From Octopus bimaculoides (Eukaryota): a DNA stretch of 64,000 nt. Positions 1-11,450 of the stretch are shown here, piece after piece (positions within the stretch are counted from its first letter, which is position 1; every line of letters begins with the position of its first letter). Location: assembly GCF_001194135.2 (NCBI RefSeq), contig NC_068987.1:51256206-51320205 (forward strand). The letters are read 5' to 3'. The notes beneath the pieces were generated by a model. It was not told where the DNA came from, made no database searches, and saw only the letters and a list, made by a program, of their open reading frames with translations. Both the position numbers and the translations under genes were made by a program.

Positions 1-1463
1 TCACATCTGTGACCTCTTCAGCGACATTTTCCGTCTTCGCGTGTGATTTTGCTCCGCTTAGTCCATTCTATCTTCAGTAAATAAAAAAGACATCAAACTT
101 GAGCAACTCATACCATTTTCAATCTAACCAGTTGTAAAAGTCATGAAGATGACAGACATTTTCTTTATACAATTTAATCTTAATAAAAATCAAATTTCTG
201 CGGTCGTTGATTTCATGCATGTTTCATATTTATGGAATTTGCTATGCTTGATTTATTGTGACTGTCCTTGCAAACCAGGTGAGGCATGTTTTGTTGCAAA
301 GTTAACAATATGTTATGAAAAATGGCCTTTTAAATGCAGTCTTAATGTAACTGTGAGATCACACATAAGTGATGGTCACTTTTGTCAAGCATGGTCAAAG
401 AACTGTAGAAAGAACTTCATGTAATATGTGCTCTTCATGGAACTTTGGCACCACAAATCAGCATTTGCTGATTTGATAATTGTTTATAATTCTGAGAATA
501 ATTTTCCCATATGACAACTGGCTTGAATATATGTTTCAGAAATATGACCAGCTGTGAGACAAGAAAATGCAAAAGCCGCCCTGATGTATTCAGCTATATC
601 TGTGGATGTTACGCTTTAACTAAGCAACGAAACAATCACAGATTCTGTAAAGAAAGCTTACCTTACTTTGGCTTGAAACGGGATAATCATGGCAAAGCCT
701 CGGCACCCCATTTAGTCCGAAAAAACATGTTTTGAAACACTGAGAGATGGAATGTTTAGAAAACTTAAGCAGAAGGTTTTTAGCCTTGTCGTATGAGAAT
801 ATTGAGTTTGATACATTTGACGGGCCACAGGCTAGGTGGCTAATGCAGGACGAGAAGTCTTTCGATTCTATATCTGCCGCTGAAAACGAAGCGTGGTATG
901 CTTTTGGTGTGGTTGTGTCTGATTACTTAGGAAACAAAATATCGTGATATTATAAAGAACTTGTGAACACTCTGTTAACCAGCTTTCGGACAAGTGGAGG
1001 CAATGTGAGAACAAGAGTGAATTCCCTGCACAGTCATCTGCACTACTTCCTTGGAAATCATAGAGCAATGAGTGATGAGCAAAGAGAATGATTCCAATAA
1101 AACATCAAGAACATGGAGATAAGGTATTAAAGCATGTGGAACATAAGCATGTTGGCTGACCACTGTTGGTGTCAACAAAGAGACTCTCACGATGTAAGTT
1201 ATTCGTGCAAAGCAGCAAAGAGAAAGAGAAACATCACTGACAAAAATAATTCATAAGATGTGAAATTAAATACTTTGTGTAATGTATGGTTTAAAAAGTA
1301 AACAGTGTTGTTTTTGGTAAAAAAAAAAAATACCTATTTAACAAACATCTTGGCGTGATATAAAAATTCTTAGTGTTTTTATGCACCTAGCACCATCTAG
1401 TTAAGTATGTCTGGTTGTAAGCAGCAAACTAACTAAAAACATTTTCGAAAATGTTCCCCAGTA
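1..1463 (+). mobile_element. Chapaev3-like (CMC) DNA transposon, internally deleted; 5' end probably outside the window
   Basis: 541-735 reads RKCKSRPDVFSYICGCY..YFGLK..APH (N-terminal Cys-rich region). It jumps to a C-terminal block at ~770-1185: FDGPQAR..EAWYAF..YLGNK..LHSHLHYF..MSDEQRE*F..MEIRY..WNISMLADHCW, with several stops. Possible right terminus aatgttccccagt(a) at ~1450-1463. Superfamily name is from recalled motifs. Confidence 0.65.
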
Positions 1464-2647
1464 TACTCAATACGAAATTTCTATTTATTCAGTCAACATA
1501 TATATTATTTATTGATTGTTATATTTTATACTTACCTAGTAAGTAATATAATATATAATACACATATAATATATAAGTTCATTCACACGTACTCATAGAA
1601 TAAATACATACATGCATAATTACATATATGGTAATTAGCTAATTAGAAAGAAACGAAGTCTCTACTTTTCTAATTATCTATCCCTTTCCTATCTATTTGT
1701 TCAACATCTTATTAATCTGCTTCGTTATTTACATATTTTAACTTCAATACACGTGTACATGCATAGATATATCTATGTATATATATAGACACAAGCCATC
1801 AGTGGTTACGGGTTCAGATCATCAATGGAACTGGCAAAATGTGTGAACCTTTCTAAAAGTTTAATATATAAGTACATAAGTATATAAGTACTTGGAACTG
1901 TTTATATGAGTACACATACACAAAGCTGATGATACAGATCTGCACATGCACTGACGCTGACTACTTGCGCATATACATACATACATGCAAACATGCACAA
2001 CCCTGTTCATGTTCAAATTACAATGAAATATAGTTTGTAACCATCTCTTATTCCATTGGCGAACATTCTACAAAGAAAACTAAATAATCACACACGCATG
2101 CACTCACACACACAAACACACACACACACGCATACACACACGCACACGCATACATATATGTGTGTGTATCTAAGTAATGTCTTTGTTTATGTTTCATAAG
2201 AAGTCAAGTAACGGAGTATCTTAGCTTAAGTAGACACTAAAGCTTGTTAGAAGTGAAATAATTGATATAGACTTCAAATTTCGTGGCGAGTATTAAAAAC
2301 AAACAGATAATTTGATATTTCATCAAAACAACCGATGACAATTATTCAAGTACTAATTAACCTCTTTTGCCCCGATGTCAAAGGATTTTTGATATCATAT
2401 TTCGAAATGTAATTTGAATAGCAATATTATTAAGAACAAGTAAACAGTAATTTATATGTCGTAATGGTATATCGTATTCCGTGTAACTAAGAGACAATTA
2501 ATCAAACTGTAATTATCAGCTAAGCAAACATCATATGAAATATATTCTATTTATCATTAGTATATACCTTTTGTAATATATCTTGATCAGAAGTTCTTTA
2601 TGGACCTGAAGAAAAGTTGTTTCCTGAATGTGAATTTACTTATATTA

Positions 2648-2876
2648 CAGTCTTGGCCAAAAGTTTGGAATATAGGTCCGAAAATTACATTTATTAAATG
2701 GAAGCAATTTGGTCTATAACTATATTTTTGATTTTGCCTATTCTTCCAGATAATGAATCATTGGATCAGTTATTATGTAAGTATATCTCCACGCCGTATA
2801 TATTTGAATCGAATTGTACTTGAGCATAACAATTTAAATTTTTTTCTAATAAGTTCCAAACATTTGCCCACGGTTG
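2648..2876. mobile_element. Tc1/mariner-type MITE
   Basis: Left end TA|cagtcttggccaaaagtttggaa. Right end reverse-complements to caaccgtgggcaaatgtttggaa (imperfect ~23-bp TIR). Right flank is TG rather than TA. No ORF. Confidence 0.65.
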
Positions 2877-3104
2877 TGTATATATGCACACTCCAAGTAA
2901 GTAAAATCAAATTTTGAGGTTCGTGTTTGAAACGGCTTTGCAGCAACATTTAATAGAATGCGTAAAATACTGTAATGCTTATTTGATTTCAACAAACTGT
3001 GTATTTCTTGTGTTGAAGGAAATTATTTATAGAATCAGTGTAGATTTGGACTTGTGTCGAAGATGCATGGATGTAATCCTTATATGTTTTACGTTAAGGT
3101 AAAG

Positions 3105-3900
3105 TGAAGATTTGTATCATCTGCCGAAGAATTAGTGGCGCTAGATGAGACAGAGGACAAGTCATTAATATACAGGCGGGAAAGATTTGAGGATGTACTC
3201 AAACCTGGAGGGATACAAGAGCGTTGGAGATGTAATCAAACCAGGAGGTATACAGGAGCGTTGGGCCAAGTAAGGCTAGTTAATCCACACAGGGATGGAG
3301 GAGTCTCAAAATAATCTTCCAGCCGAAGAATTGAGAGAATGATGAAATGTAACGGCGGGCAGCTTACCTTGAAGGTTCTTGTATGAAATACTCTTAAAGA
3401 CATAATTGATGACAGCTATAACTTTCTTACCTTCTCAGTAGTTTTCAATGAGAAGGATACTTAATGAATGAGACAGGGAAACCTAACGATTACATCTGAA
3501 TCTACGGAAGACACTGGTTTTAACGAAAGAGTTGAAGAGATACAATATGTTTGAGAAAGTTATTATGAGCGATAGATTCAACCATCTTAGAGACTTCAGA
3601 AGTGTAGACGGTAATTCAGTAGTTGGTAATGTGTGAAAGGCTGCTTCCTTGAGGGAAGAACAGTTTACTTCCCTTGCGTTATCATGTTGGAAATGATACT
3701 TGATAGATTCTGCAACACTCTTGACGTACATTTCTGATGGGAAAATATATATTTTCTATTACATTCTTTCGGATAGAACACACTCTAGCATATCCTAACA
3801 TGTCAGAGCCCTCTTACGCTAAGGACGTTCTCTGCAATTCCTTGTAAACGGTATGCCCCAAATATCTTAATAGAGACACACTCTAACATATTTTTAAACC
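3105..3900 (-). mobile_element. CR1/L2/Jockey-group LINE reverse-transcriptase remnant
   Basis: Minus strand gives LYINDLSSVSSSATNSSADDT (degenerate LYINDL..FADD) near 3110-3175 and LYLFNSFVKTSVF upstream. Many stops and frameshifts; ~37-bp tandem duplication at ~3200-3270. Confidence 0.65.
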
Positions 3901-4027
3901 GTATAAAGTGCATTATTCAAAGTTACTGGGAAAAATATTGTTGCATGAAGCGATCGATGTTACTGCACATGTGTATTCGGTTGGGTCACCGTTAGCATCT
4001 AGCAACACTCTGATACATGCTAGACCA

Positions 4028-4225
4028 TCATTAACACTGAACACGTCTCTTCGGTCCTGAAAATCATGACCAAAAGAAAGAGCTTCTGCACGTGCCCTTA
4101 CTCATTTTCAACATGGGAGGGTGTGATTTAAGATAGACTCGCCTTCACATTCTAAAAAGGCAGCTAATCTCCTTTAAATATCACCCTCCTATCTCAGAAA
4201 GAAGAGACACGTTAAATAATGATAT
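4028..4225. repeat. Degenerate inverted-repeat (MITE-like) element
   Basis: Nested imperfect inverted arms: gtctcttc/gaagagac (outer) and ggagggtgtgatttaa/ttaaatatcaccctcc (inner). Confidence 0.35.
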
Positions 4226-4762
4226 CCCTTGAATATTGAATCTATTTCAGAGATATTCTGTGGCTAAAATACAGTAGCAATACACAAGACAGAAATGGGA
4301 TAAAGTAATTACAAATTGTTTGTTAACGAAATCTCTCTATTATATTGTTTATTTTTTTTATACTTTATTCTGAAACATATTGTAGACAGAACTAATATTA
4401 CGTACGATTTCCTGAAACTAATTTCTGCATGTCCAGTGGAAATATGTTAGATATTAAGCATTGGGATCCATCGTGACTAGATTTGTGGATACGTGTATAT
4501 TACAGCTATCATATTAACGATAATATCCATTAGCTTTTCCTACTTCCGTTCGTTGTATTCATGATAATATAAACTAAAAACGAAGAATATGATTTATTGC
4601 CGTTTCCAGATTGTGATAATCTATCCTACAGTGTGATCATTTGAAAACAATGCTGTAAAATAATTACTTACAATCTACTGTAATATTTCACACGTTACAG
4701 TTCATATGTAATGCATGCGCCTTCATGACAATTGACATATTTCTCAGCATTTATATTTTCTT

Positions 4763-4817
<55 letters not shown>

Positions 4818-5159
4818 ATCTATCGCAGTTAAGGTTAGGGTTAGGGTTCTTTTCGTTTCTTGGCGACTTGTCAATATCTAAAAATTGCTCAACAGGATTT
4901 CTTCTTATCTTTCGCCTTCTGAGTTAAAATCAACTTTAACCTTCAACTCTCCGGTCGTAACAGTCAAAATATTTGCGTTAAGGTCATTGAGTTAATGATT
5001 CCCTAAAATATCGCTGGCCTTTTTTCTCAATCAGAAATAATTATAAAGGCTGCGAGCTAGCAAAGAAAAACAATTTTGCAGATTTGTTCCGGTTCTTGAC
5101 ATTCTCAGTTCAAATTTCGTTGATGTCACCTTTACTTTTCATTCTTTTCAGAGTGTGTA

Positions 5160-5250
5160 TGATACAATACCAGTCAAGTACTGGAGTCGGTGGAACTGAA
5201 TAATCCATACCCACAGAATTGCTGGCCTTATAACAAAATCTGAAATTATT
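5160..5250 (+). mobile_element. 3' fragment of Nin/Deu-domain SINE (family 2)
   Basis: ataccagtcaagtactggagtcg..gctggccttataacaaaatctgaaattatt resembles the 3' part of the SINE copies at 42336-42565 and 49110-49310. Confidence 0.4.
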
Positions 5251-5336
5251 ATTACCTCTGCCTTGGTGAAGGCGGAGGTATTGTTTTCAGTCGTGTGAGT
5301 TTGTGTTTGTGTTTCAGCGTTAACATTAACTCCATT

Positions 5337-5389
<53 letters not shown>

Positions 5390-5644
5390 GCGCATACAAC
5401 ATAGCTCTCTTTTACACACGCATATACTCACACTTCGTAGCCTTTTATCGGCTTTTTCAATCTTTCCTTCGTTATTCATCTATCACCCGTTCCTTTGTCA
5501 TTTACACGACGGTCTTTTTGCCACTTCGATTCGAGTTTTTCACTGTCACTACCTCCTGGCACTCCCTCTCAGTCATGGCTATTACTTTCACTACTTATCC
5601 ATCACTGTATCAACATTTCATCTCCTCTCCCTTCACCTCTCACT

Positions 5645-5695
<51 letters not shown>

Positions 5696-5975
5696 GGGTA
5701 TCACTACGCGGAAATGCCTCACGCTATAAGGGACCCTTAAAATCAAAACTACCACAATAAATATAGTGTAGCGAACGCGAGGGAATGCAACACTTGAAGC
5801 GAGCTCCTAACACAGATTCAGCCCCAAATCATATGATTTCATAGTTAGTGCACAAAATGCACTTTCTAATCGTCATTGCAGGCATAATCAAAACACATAA
5901 AAATGAACAAAAAATCAACATACACGATGAACACCAAATGTATCCAGCATACTACATAGAATTGTTCACACCTAT

Positions 5976-6279
5976 ATATCTATGTAAGAGGCGAGCTTTT
6001 TAAACTGCATCTCGGTACACGTGTTTATTCAGAATAAAATTCAGCACTGAATATATTCCAGTTAAATTTAAAATTTTAAAATTGGATAACATTTTCATAA
6101 GAATTTATAAAGTAGACAACGTGAGGTTTTTTTCATGCTGACGACTTGATAAATTCTTATAAAGAATTTATCCTATTTTTTAATTTTAAACTTAACCGGG
6201 ATATATTCAGGGCTGAATTATTCTGAAAATACACGTGTACCGAGATGCAATTGGAAAAGCCCGCCTCTTACATAGATAT
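5976..6279. mobile_element. Foldback MITE (~300-bp imperfect palindrome)
   Basis: atatctatgtaagaggcg..tgcatctcggtacacgtgt..ttcagaataa on the left mirrors ttattctgaa..acacgtgtaccgagatgca..cgcctcttacatagatat on the right. Arms run nearly to the centre. Confidence 0.85.
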
Positions 6280-6416
6280 TTAAGAGAGAACAGCTCTATG
6301 TACTATGCTGGACATACTTGGTGTTCGTCTGGTATGATGTGTGTGTGTGTGTGTTTGCGTGTATATATATATATATATATATCAGTAAAAATATGCGACG
6401 CTTATTCAGTAGCCAT

Positions 6417-6477
6417 GATAAAACTCCGAGTTTCGGATGCCGGGGTGGGAACCCACGCCAACATCTCTTCAGTTATC
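6417..6477 (-). ncRNA. Minimal type-I hammerhead ribozyme motif
   Basis: Minus strand: GAUAA (stem I) CUGAAGA, GAUGUUGG-c-GUGGG-uu-CCCAC-c-CCGGCAUC (stem II), c, GAAA, CUC-g-GAG (palindromic stem III), UU, UUAUC (stem I). All core bases present; one extra C before GAAA. Confidence 0.7.
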
Positions 6478-6749
6478 CGGCCATTGAAAAGTCCTGTGAA
6501 AAATTACCGTTAAACAAAGGGAAATTACTGTGTGGTTGACCGTTATTAAGACAAAAGAGCTAATAGACCGCTAAGTAAGGGGAGGGAATAAAGGTAAGGG
6601 GGTAGAAAAGTCTATAGTGCTCACGTAAGCTCACCAATACGTACATTCGCCTATATGTATATACTCAACCACCCCAAACAAAAGGAAAACTAACAAGATA
6701 CAAGACTGATAAGCACACACTTTATTTAAAAACAGTAAAATGAAACTGC

Positions 6750-6900
6750 TTGCTTATGGGGAGACAAGTAAGTCATTCCATCTTCATTTTCATTTATATT
6801 CATAATTCATTCATTATATGTTTTTATGTACCCCAATGTATTGTTTTGTCTATCTGTTGTGTTGTCCATTCTCTATGAGGCCTTGTGCCAAATTAAAGAA
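6750..6900 (+). mobile_element. 3' end of a Tx1-like unit upstream of copy A
   Basis: Similar to 8860-9014 and to 20387-20520(-): cattttcat..tgtgttgtcc..ggcc..gccaaattaaag. Confidence 0.5.
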
Positions 6901-6911
6901 ATAAGGACGTT

Positions 6912-8200
6912 GGTCTTGTCGTTAGTGTGTTATTTGATTTGTGATTTGTGAGCTGGAAGTGTATGCGCTACATGTGAGTACTGCTGTTGTTTAACTGTTG
7001 TTTATTGAATTGTTGGATTGTTGTTACCTGTTGAAGTTGTTGTTGCCGTTTTTTAAATTTTCTTCCCCATTTATGGAAAGTACACCAGTGCAAGCAGGCA
7101 ATTATGCTGAGGTGACTGGCAAAAGCCAGTCAGCGGTGGGACTGCAAGTTACAGAAATTAAATTACAGGAGTAAAACTTCAAAAAGTACAATAATTGATT
7201 AAGAATGGAAGGAGATAGGCTGAGGTTGACGCCTCCTCAAAGAAGTATCAGATAAAACGGAGAAGGTAGCTATTGTGTACAGAACATTGAAAATTGCAAC
7301 AAAAAAGGTGGAGATAGCAGCGGTGGAGGTTGTCGAGGAATACCTCACAGAAATTAAGAATGTAACGACGTTCTACACGAGAGTGAGGAAGTATGGCACA
7401 GTAGAGGTACACTTCAGGAATGAGGAAGAAGAGAGGAAACGCTCTACTGTGCCTTTGAGATCAGTAGTGTGGGTGCTGTATCGACTTACTGTGACAAACG
7501 TGCGGCCAGAGTAAGAATAGGTAGAGTTCCCCCAGAAATTGATGAGGCGTGGCTGGTGGCAGCCATTCTCTTCAATACAGAAGAAGACACGGAGATAATG
7601 AAAATATCAAGAACTACGGAAGTGAACTGGAGGAGGGGAGGAATTAGTAAATATAAGTTTGTCAGATCTCCACAAGATTTCGGAGGAACTGATACTGCTG
7701 GATGACTCAAGGTTGAGGATAGTGGTGGAAGGAAGACCACCGGTATGTTTTCTTTGTGGAGTAAGGTGACACATAAAAGCAAGGTGTCCCCAGTAGCAAG
7801 AAAAGGAAGTAGAACAAGAGAAGCAGGAAGAGGAATAGGAACAAAGAGCGGAGGTACAAATGCAAGTGAGCGAAAAGATAGAAAATGTAGGAGAAAAGTA
7901 TACAGTTGGAAAAAGAAAAAGAAAAGAGAAGGAAACTTTAATTCATCATCCAAAAGTCCACACAAAAATGGAGAAGAAAATATAGAGGAGAATCAATGCG
8001 AAAGACCAGAGATACCAAAAAAGGAAAATTACGGAGGAGGAATGACGTGCGCTGAAAGGAAAGGAAGTGAGAAGAGAGATAGCAAGAACAAAGAGTAAGA
8101 GAGATACAGAGAAGGATGAGACACCAATACCAGGAACATCAGGAGAGAATAACGACGGAAAACGGGAGTTGGTACCAAAAGGAAAACACATTGGAACGAT
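6912..8200 (+). mobile_element. Tx1/L1-like ORF1 (gag-like) element, copy A, decayed
   Basis: TG-rich 5'UTR, then IVYRTLKIATKKVEIAA..YGTVEVHF..RVRIGRVPPEIDEAWLVAAIL. Zinc knuckle VVEGRPPVCFLCGVR*HIKARCP at 7746-7787, then an E/K-rich tail. Closely similar to copy D (50524-51217). Confidence 0.75.
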
Positions 8201-8660
8201 GATAGTTTCTACTTTGACCGTGGTTCTTTCTTTTTGTAACATATTTGTGTACTTTTTAAAATTCTTCTTTTTCTGTATTGAGTTGCCGCGTTCGACTCCT
8301 GGCTGCTGTTGTAAAACTTTTTTCTCTTCTTTTTGTAAACTTTTCACTGCTATATTCCTTGTTGATACAATGCCATTTTTGGGGGGTCTCACTTGGGAGA
8401 CTTGGAACATCTTATGGCGTCATTGGTGTCGTTGTTGAGCTTTCTGTTGGGCTCGTTTCCGGCGTACTACTGTCTGCGTTGCTGCAAAATGATTTTTTAA
8501 AGTAATTATTTCCCCCAACGGGGGAATAAAAAACAAATGGTTTCAGAAAGCAATTAAGAGTCTTTAACAGAAAATAATAAATTTAACAATTGCCGCAAGG
8601 GAGTATAACAATAGCGTTCAAAAAGCAATGTCACAATAAATCACAAAATTTTCATCCAGA
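8200..8660 (-). mobile_element. Inverted 5' fragment of another Tx1-like unit inside copy A
   Basis: Purine skew flips at ~8200 and back at ~8660. Minus strand reads a TG-rich UTR followed by aaatcattttgc (as in copy E at ~23590) and a K/Q-rich open frame. Confidence 0.45.
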
Positions 8661-9014
8661 CGGTAAGTCAGTAATGGGAGGAGGAGTTCGATGAATTGCC
8701 ACCAGTGGTGGACCTAAAGGATTTACAACCTTTCATGAGATATTAAAAAAGAAAAAGTAAGTAAAATTATTTTATTGAAGAAAGAAGGAAAAAAAGTAAA
8801 ATTGTATCATTAAAAATAAGGAAAAAATGAGATTAAGAAAAAGATAATAGATGGATTGTAAATGATACTGCATGGGAGTGGGCCCATGCAGCCATTTCAT
8901 TTTTCATCTTTATATAACATCTCATTTTCATTCGTTTTATGTTTTTTGTCCTCACTGTGGTGTTGTGTCCGTCTTTGTAGTGTCCCCTCTGTGCTGTGGC
9001 CGTAGCCAAAATAA
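8660..9014 (+). mobile_element. 3' end of Tx1-like unit (probably copy A)
   Basis: ORF-like tail WEEEFDELPPVVDLKDLQPF, then the shared 3'UTR motif gggcc..catttcat..ctctgtgc.gtggcc..aataaag. Confidence 0.55.
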
Positions 9015-9023
9015 AGACACATT

Positions 9024-9350
9024 GGCGGAAGTTGCGCTCTTTGAATACTCTTGTTATTGTTTTCGTTATATTCTTTCACTATACCAACTTGTATAGACGT
9101 ACTCTGCGCCTTCGAAGTTTCTTTTTTTTTGTTTTCCTTGTTTTATTGTATTCAAAGTACTTCATGCAATATGTTTGTGGTAAAAGAAGTGCTTTGTTTT
9201 GTATGTTTTGTGTATTTGTTATTCCTGGTAGCTTAGTTATATAATTGTCTGCATTTGTTTTTATGTCATTTTCAAAATGCCTTCAATTATAGGTCCCTAC
9301 TTCTGGATCACTACTATTTTCACATTTATATTTTAGCAAGTTTTCCCTTA
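9024..9350 (+). mobile_element. Probable 5'UTR of a following Tx1-like unit
   Basis: Starts GG immediately after the previous unit's aataaag and a target-like 9-mer. T/G-rich composition matches the other 5'UTRs. Confidence 0.3.
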
Positions 9351-9379
9351 CCTTGAGTAATTCTGTAATAATTGTAATA

Positions 9380-9700
9380 ATCGATTTATGTTTTGATTAG
9401 GATTCAGTGTTTTCCTGATGGTGCTCTACCACAATAGCTGGTTGATTATCTTTGATATGCTTCTCTGTGTATATTTGCATATCGCACCGTATACTTCCGG
9501 CGTATTTCTATACCAACCGTTTTCTGTTATCATTGTGGATAGCTTGTTTTTGACCAGCGCTTGGACAGTCATCCTCATCTTTGCATATTTGGTAGTTACA
9601 ACATGTATCCTGCGTTATTGTATGACTTTTGTGGTTTCTAATGGGAAGGATTTCTTCCAGTGTCCCCAGTTTGGCTTTGACCCCCACCTTCTGTTTTCGA
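9380..9700 (-). mobile_element. R4/Dong-like LINE remnant (RLE region)
   Basis: Frameshifted minus-strand peptides GWYRNTPEV and KDNQPAIVV resemble the WYxHxPxxV and NRPDIV motifs of restriction-like endonuclease LINEs. Confidence 0.4.
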
Positions 9701-9914
9701 TCAAGATAATGTAGCATTCCTTCGGTCAAGAATGACAATGGGATTGCACCAAGAAAGTTCCCATCCGAGGCACCAAACCCGGGCAACGTTGTTTATAGAA
9801 GACCAGTAGTCACCCATGCATACAAGCCTCCACTCTCACGCCAAAATGTAATCCAAGCGAATGACAAAGGCGGATGAAAATTGGCAACAGTGACGTTTTA
9901 ACACACTTCTACAG

Positions 9915-10030
9915 CTGAATGAACTGGAGCAACGTGGAATTAAGTGTATTGCAGAGACACAACACACATCGCGGTCTGGGAATCGAACTCAGTACCCCAT
10001 GATTCTGAGCCCGATGCTCTAACCACTGAG
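9915..10030 (-). mobile_element. tRNA-derived SINE
   Basis: Minus strand ggtgcatgactcagtggttagagc (A box), gagttcgattcc (B box), followed by ttaattccacgttgctccagttc. Confidence 0.75.
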
Positions 10031-10395
10031 TCATGCACCTTCACATACGCCTGTCTACTATACACTCTATTAAAATTTTCAGATTTCATCTATGTAGGAG
10101 TTTTTCGTGTTATTCTGTTTCCTCTCCGTTTGGGTTTTTCAAGTTTTGTTTTAATTACAACCTTACGTCAAGAACAGACCAACATTAGTCGCCTTGCATC
10201 TGGAATGTCGTCTACCATTCGGACACTATCATCGTTAGATGTGCTACGGTAAAATAAAATAGAAATCTAGTGGCTGGTAAGAGTGATGCATTCTAGGGGA
10301 AACTGTAGGTTTCGACGAGAATGAAATCGCCGGTCTTTTTTTAAGGACTTCCGGGCCTGGTATTACCATAGAAAAATTCCAGAAATCTTTGAAAC

Positions 10396-10397
<2 letters not shown>

Positions 10398-10459
<62 letters not shown>

Positions 10460-10485
10460 ATTATTATTAATATTATTATTATTTA
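10398..10485. repeat. (TTA)n microsatellite (tail of the adjacent minus-strand element)
   Basis: Seen directly. Confidence 0.95.
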
Positions 10486-10765
10486 CTTTTAATCTACATG
10501 CCAGTTACAATCACTTGCCGAAAAACTCCAAGCGTGCTGCAGCGAGTGAAGGGAAAGCGATGTTATAGTTTGACTGAAAGCTTGGGGAGGGAAAGTGGCC
10601 CAGGCAGTAGCAAAATATCCTCATGTAATACACTGCAGACATTTAAATGAATAGCGTTTTCTAAGGATGTGGGCAGAACTAGTCAGCACAATATTTTGGA
10701 TTTCTATGAGACATGGTTCATCTCGGATCTTATCTGGATGTTTCTGACATCCCTTTTTATATTAT
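10480..10765 (-). mobile_element. 3' end of R4/Dong-like LINE with (TAA)n tail
   Basis: Minus strand KGCQKHPDKIRDEPCLIEIQNIVLTSSAHILRK (typical RLE-ORF C-terminus), a short UTR, then TAA repeats. Confidence 0.7.
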
Positions 10766-10781
10766 TATTATTATTGTTATT

Positions 10782-11328
10782 GAGTGAAAGAGGAGTGCAT
10801 GCCATCAAAGTGACACGGGGTGAAATATACGAAGCCCATTATACCTATCATGACTAACCGTCTGATAAGGGTGCACCAGGCACATGCATCACAGCGATAT
10901 GTGCGCGACACGGTGATCTCATATCAAGATAAACAGCGCATGACCTCGCCCAGTTAGAATGTTCTTCAGGTCAAGTAGCCCATCCTGCTCAAAAGGTCCC
11001 TGAATAAGGTTTGTTTAAGGATGTTGAGCAAAACACCCATGTTTCCAAAGGTGAATTATTCAAACCCCAAAGAATTTCTCTCAACACATGGCTATGATGG
11101 TCCCCCACTACTTCTGCTCATGATCAGAGATGCACATATCGTCAGCCACCAAGGGACATGCTCAACTGGTTATGGTCAAACAACTGAGAAGCAAATCTGT
11201 GGTATTAAGCAGAATATTTGTTGTAGCCCATCTTTTATACCAAGACAAAACAATGTACATGATAACACTTCCAATCAATTAAGATCAGAAGCCATTAGAG
11301 CCACTGCCTGGTACTGCATCCGGGCATA
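10782..11328 (-). mobile_element. ~550-bp non-coding interspersed repeat ending in TAA repeats
   Basis: Higher-GC block bounded by TTA/TAA tracts on both sides. I recall the sequence as a common octopus repeat; no ORF. Confidence 0.45.
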
Positions 11329-11329
11329 T

Positions 11330-11428
<99 letters not shown>

Positions 11429-11450
11429 CATTATTATTATTATTATTATT
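11329..11450. repeat. (TAA)n directly followed by (TTA)n
   Basis: Seen directly; orientation switches at ~11390. Confidence 0.95.

Noticed and set aside
4828-4848. Telomere-like (TTAGGG)n
   Set aside because: Only about three units, one imperfect, in an internal position.
5692-5740. TTAA-GGG..CCC-TTAA mini element (Kolobok-like)
   Set aside because: Only an 8-bp inverted match; chance is plausible.
6750-9014. LTR retrotransposon interpretation of the direct repeats around copy A
   Set aside because: No TG..CA termini, PBS or PPT, and the repeats are diverged and end in aataaag. Tandem non-LTR 3' ends fit better.
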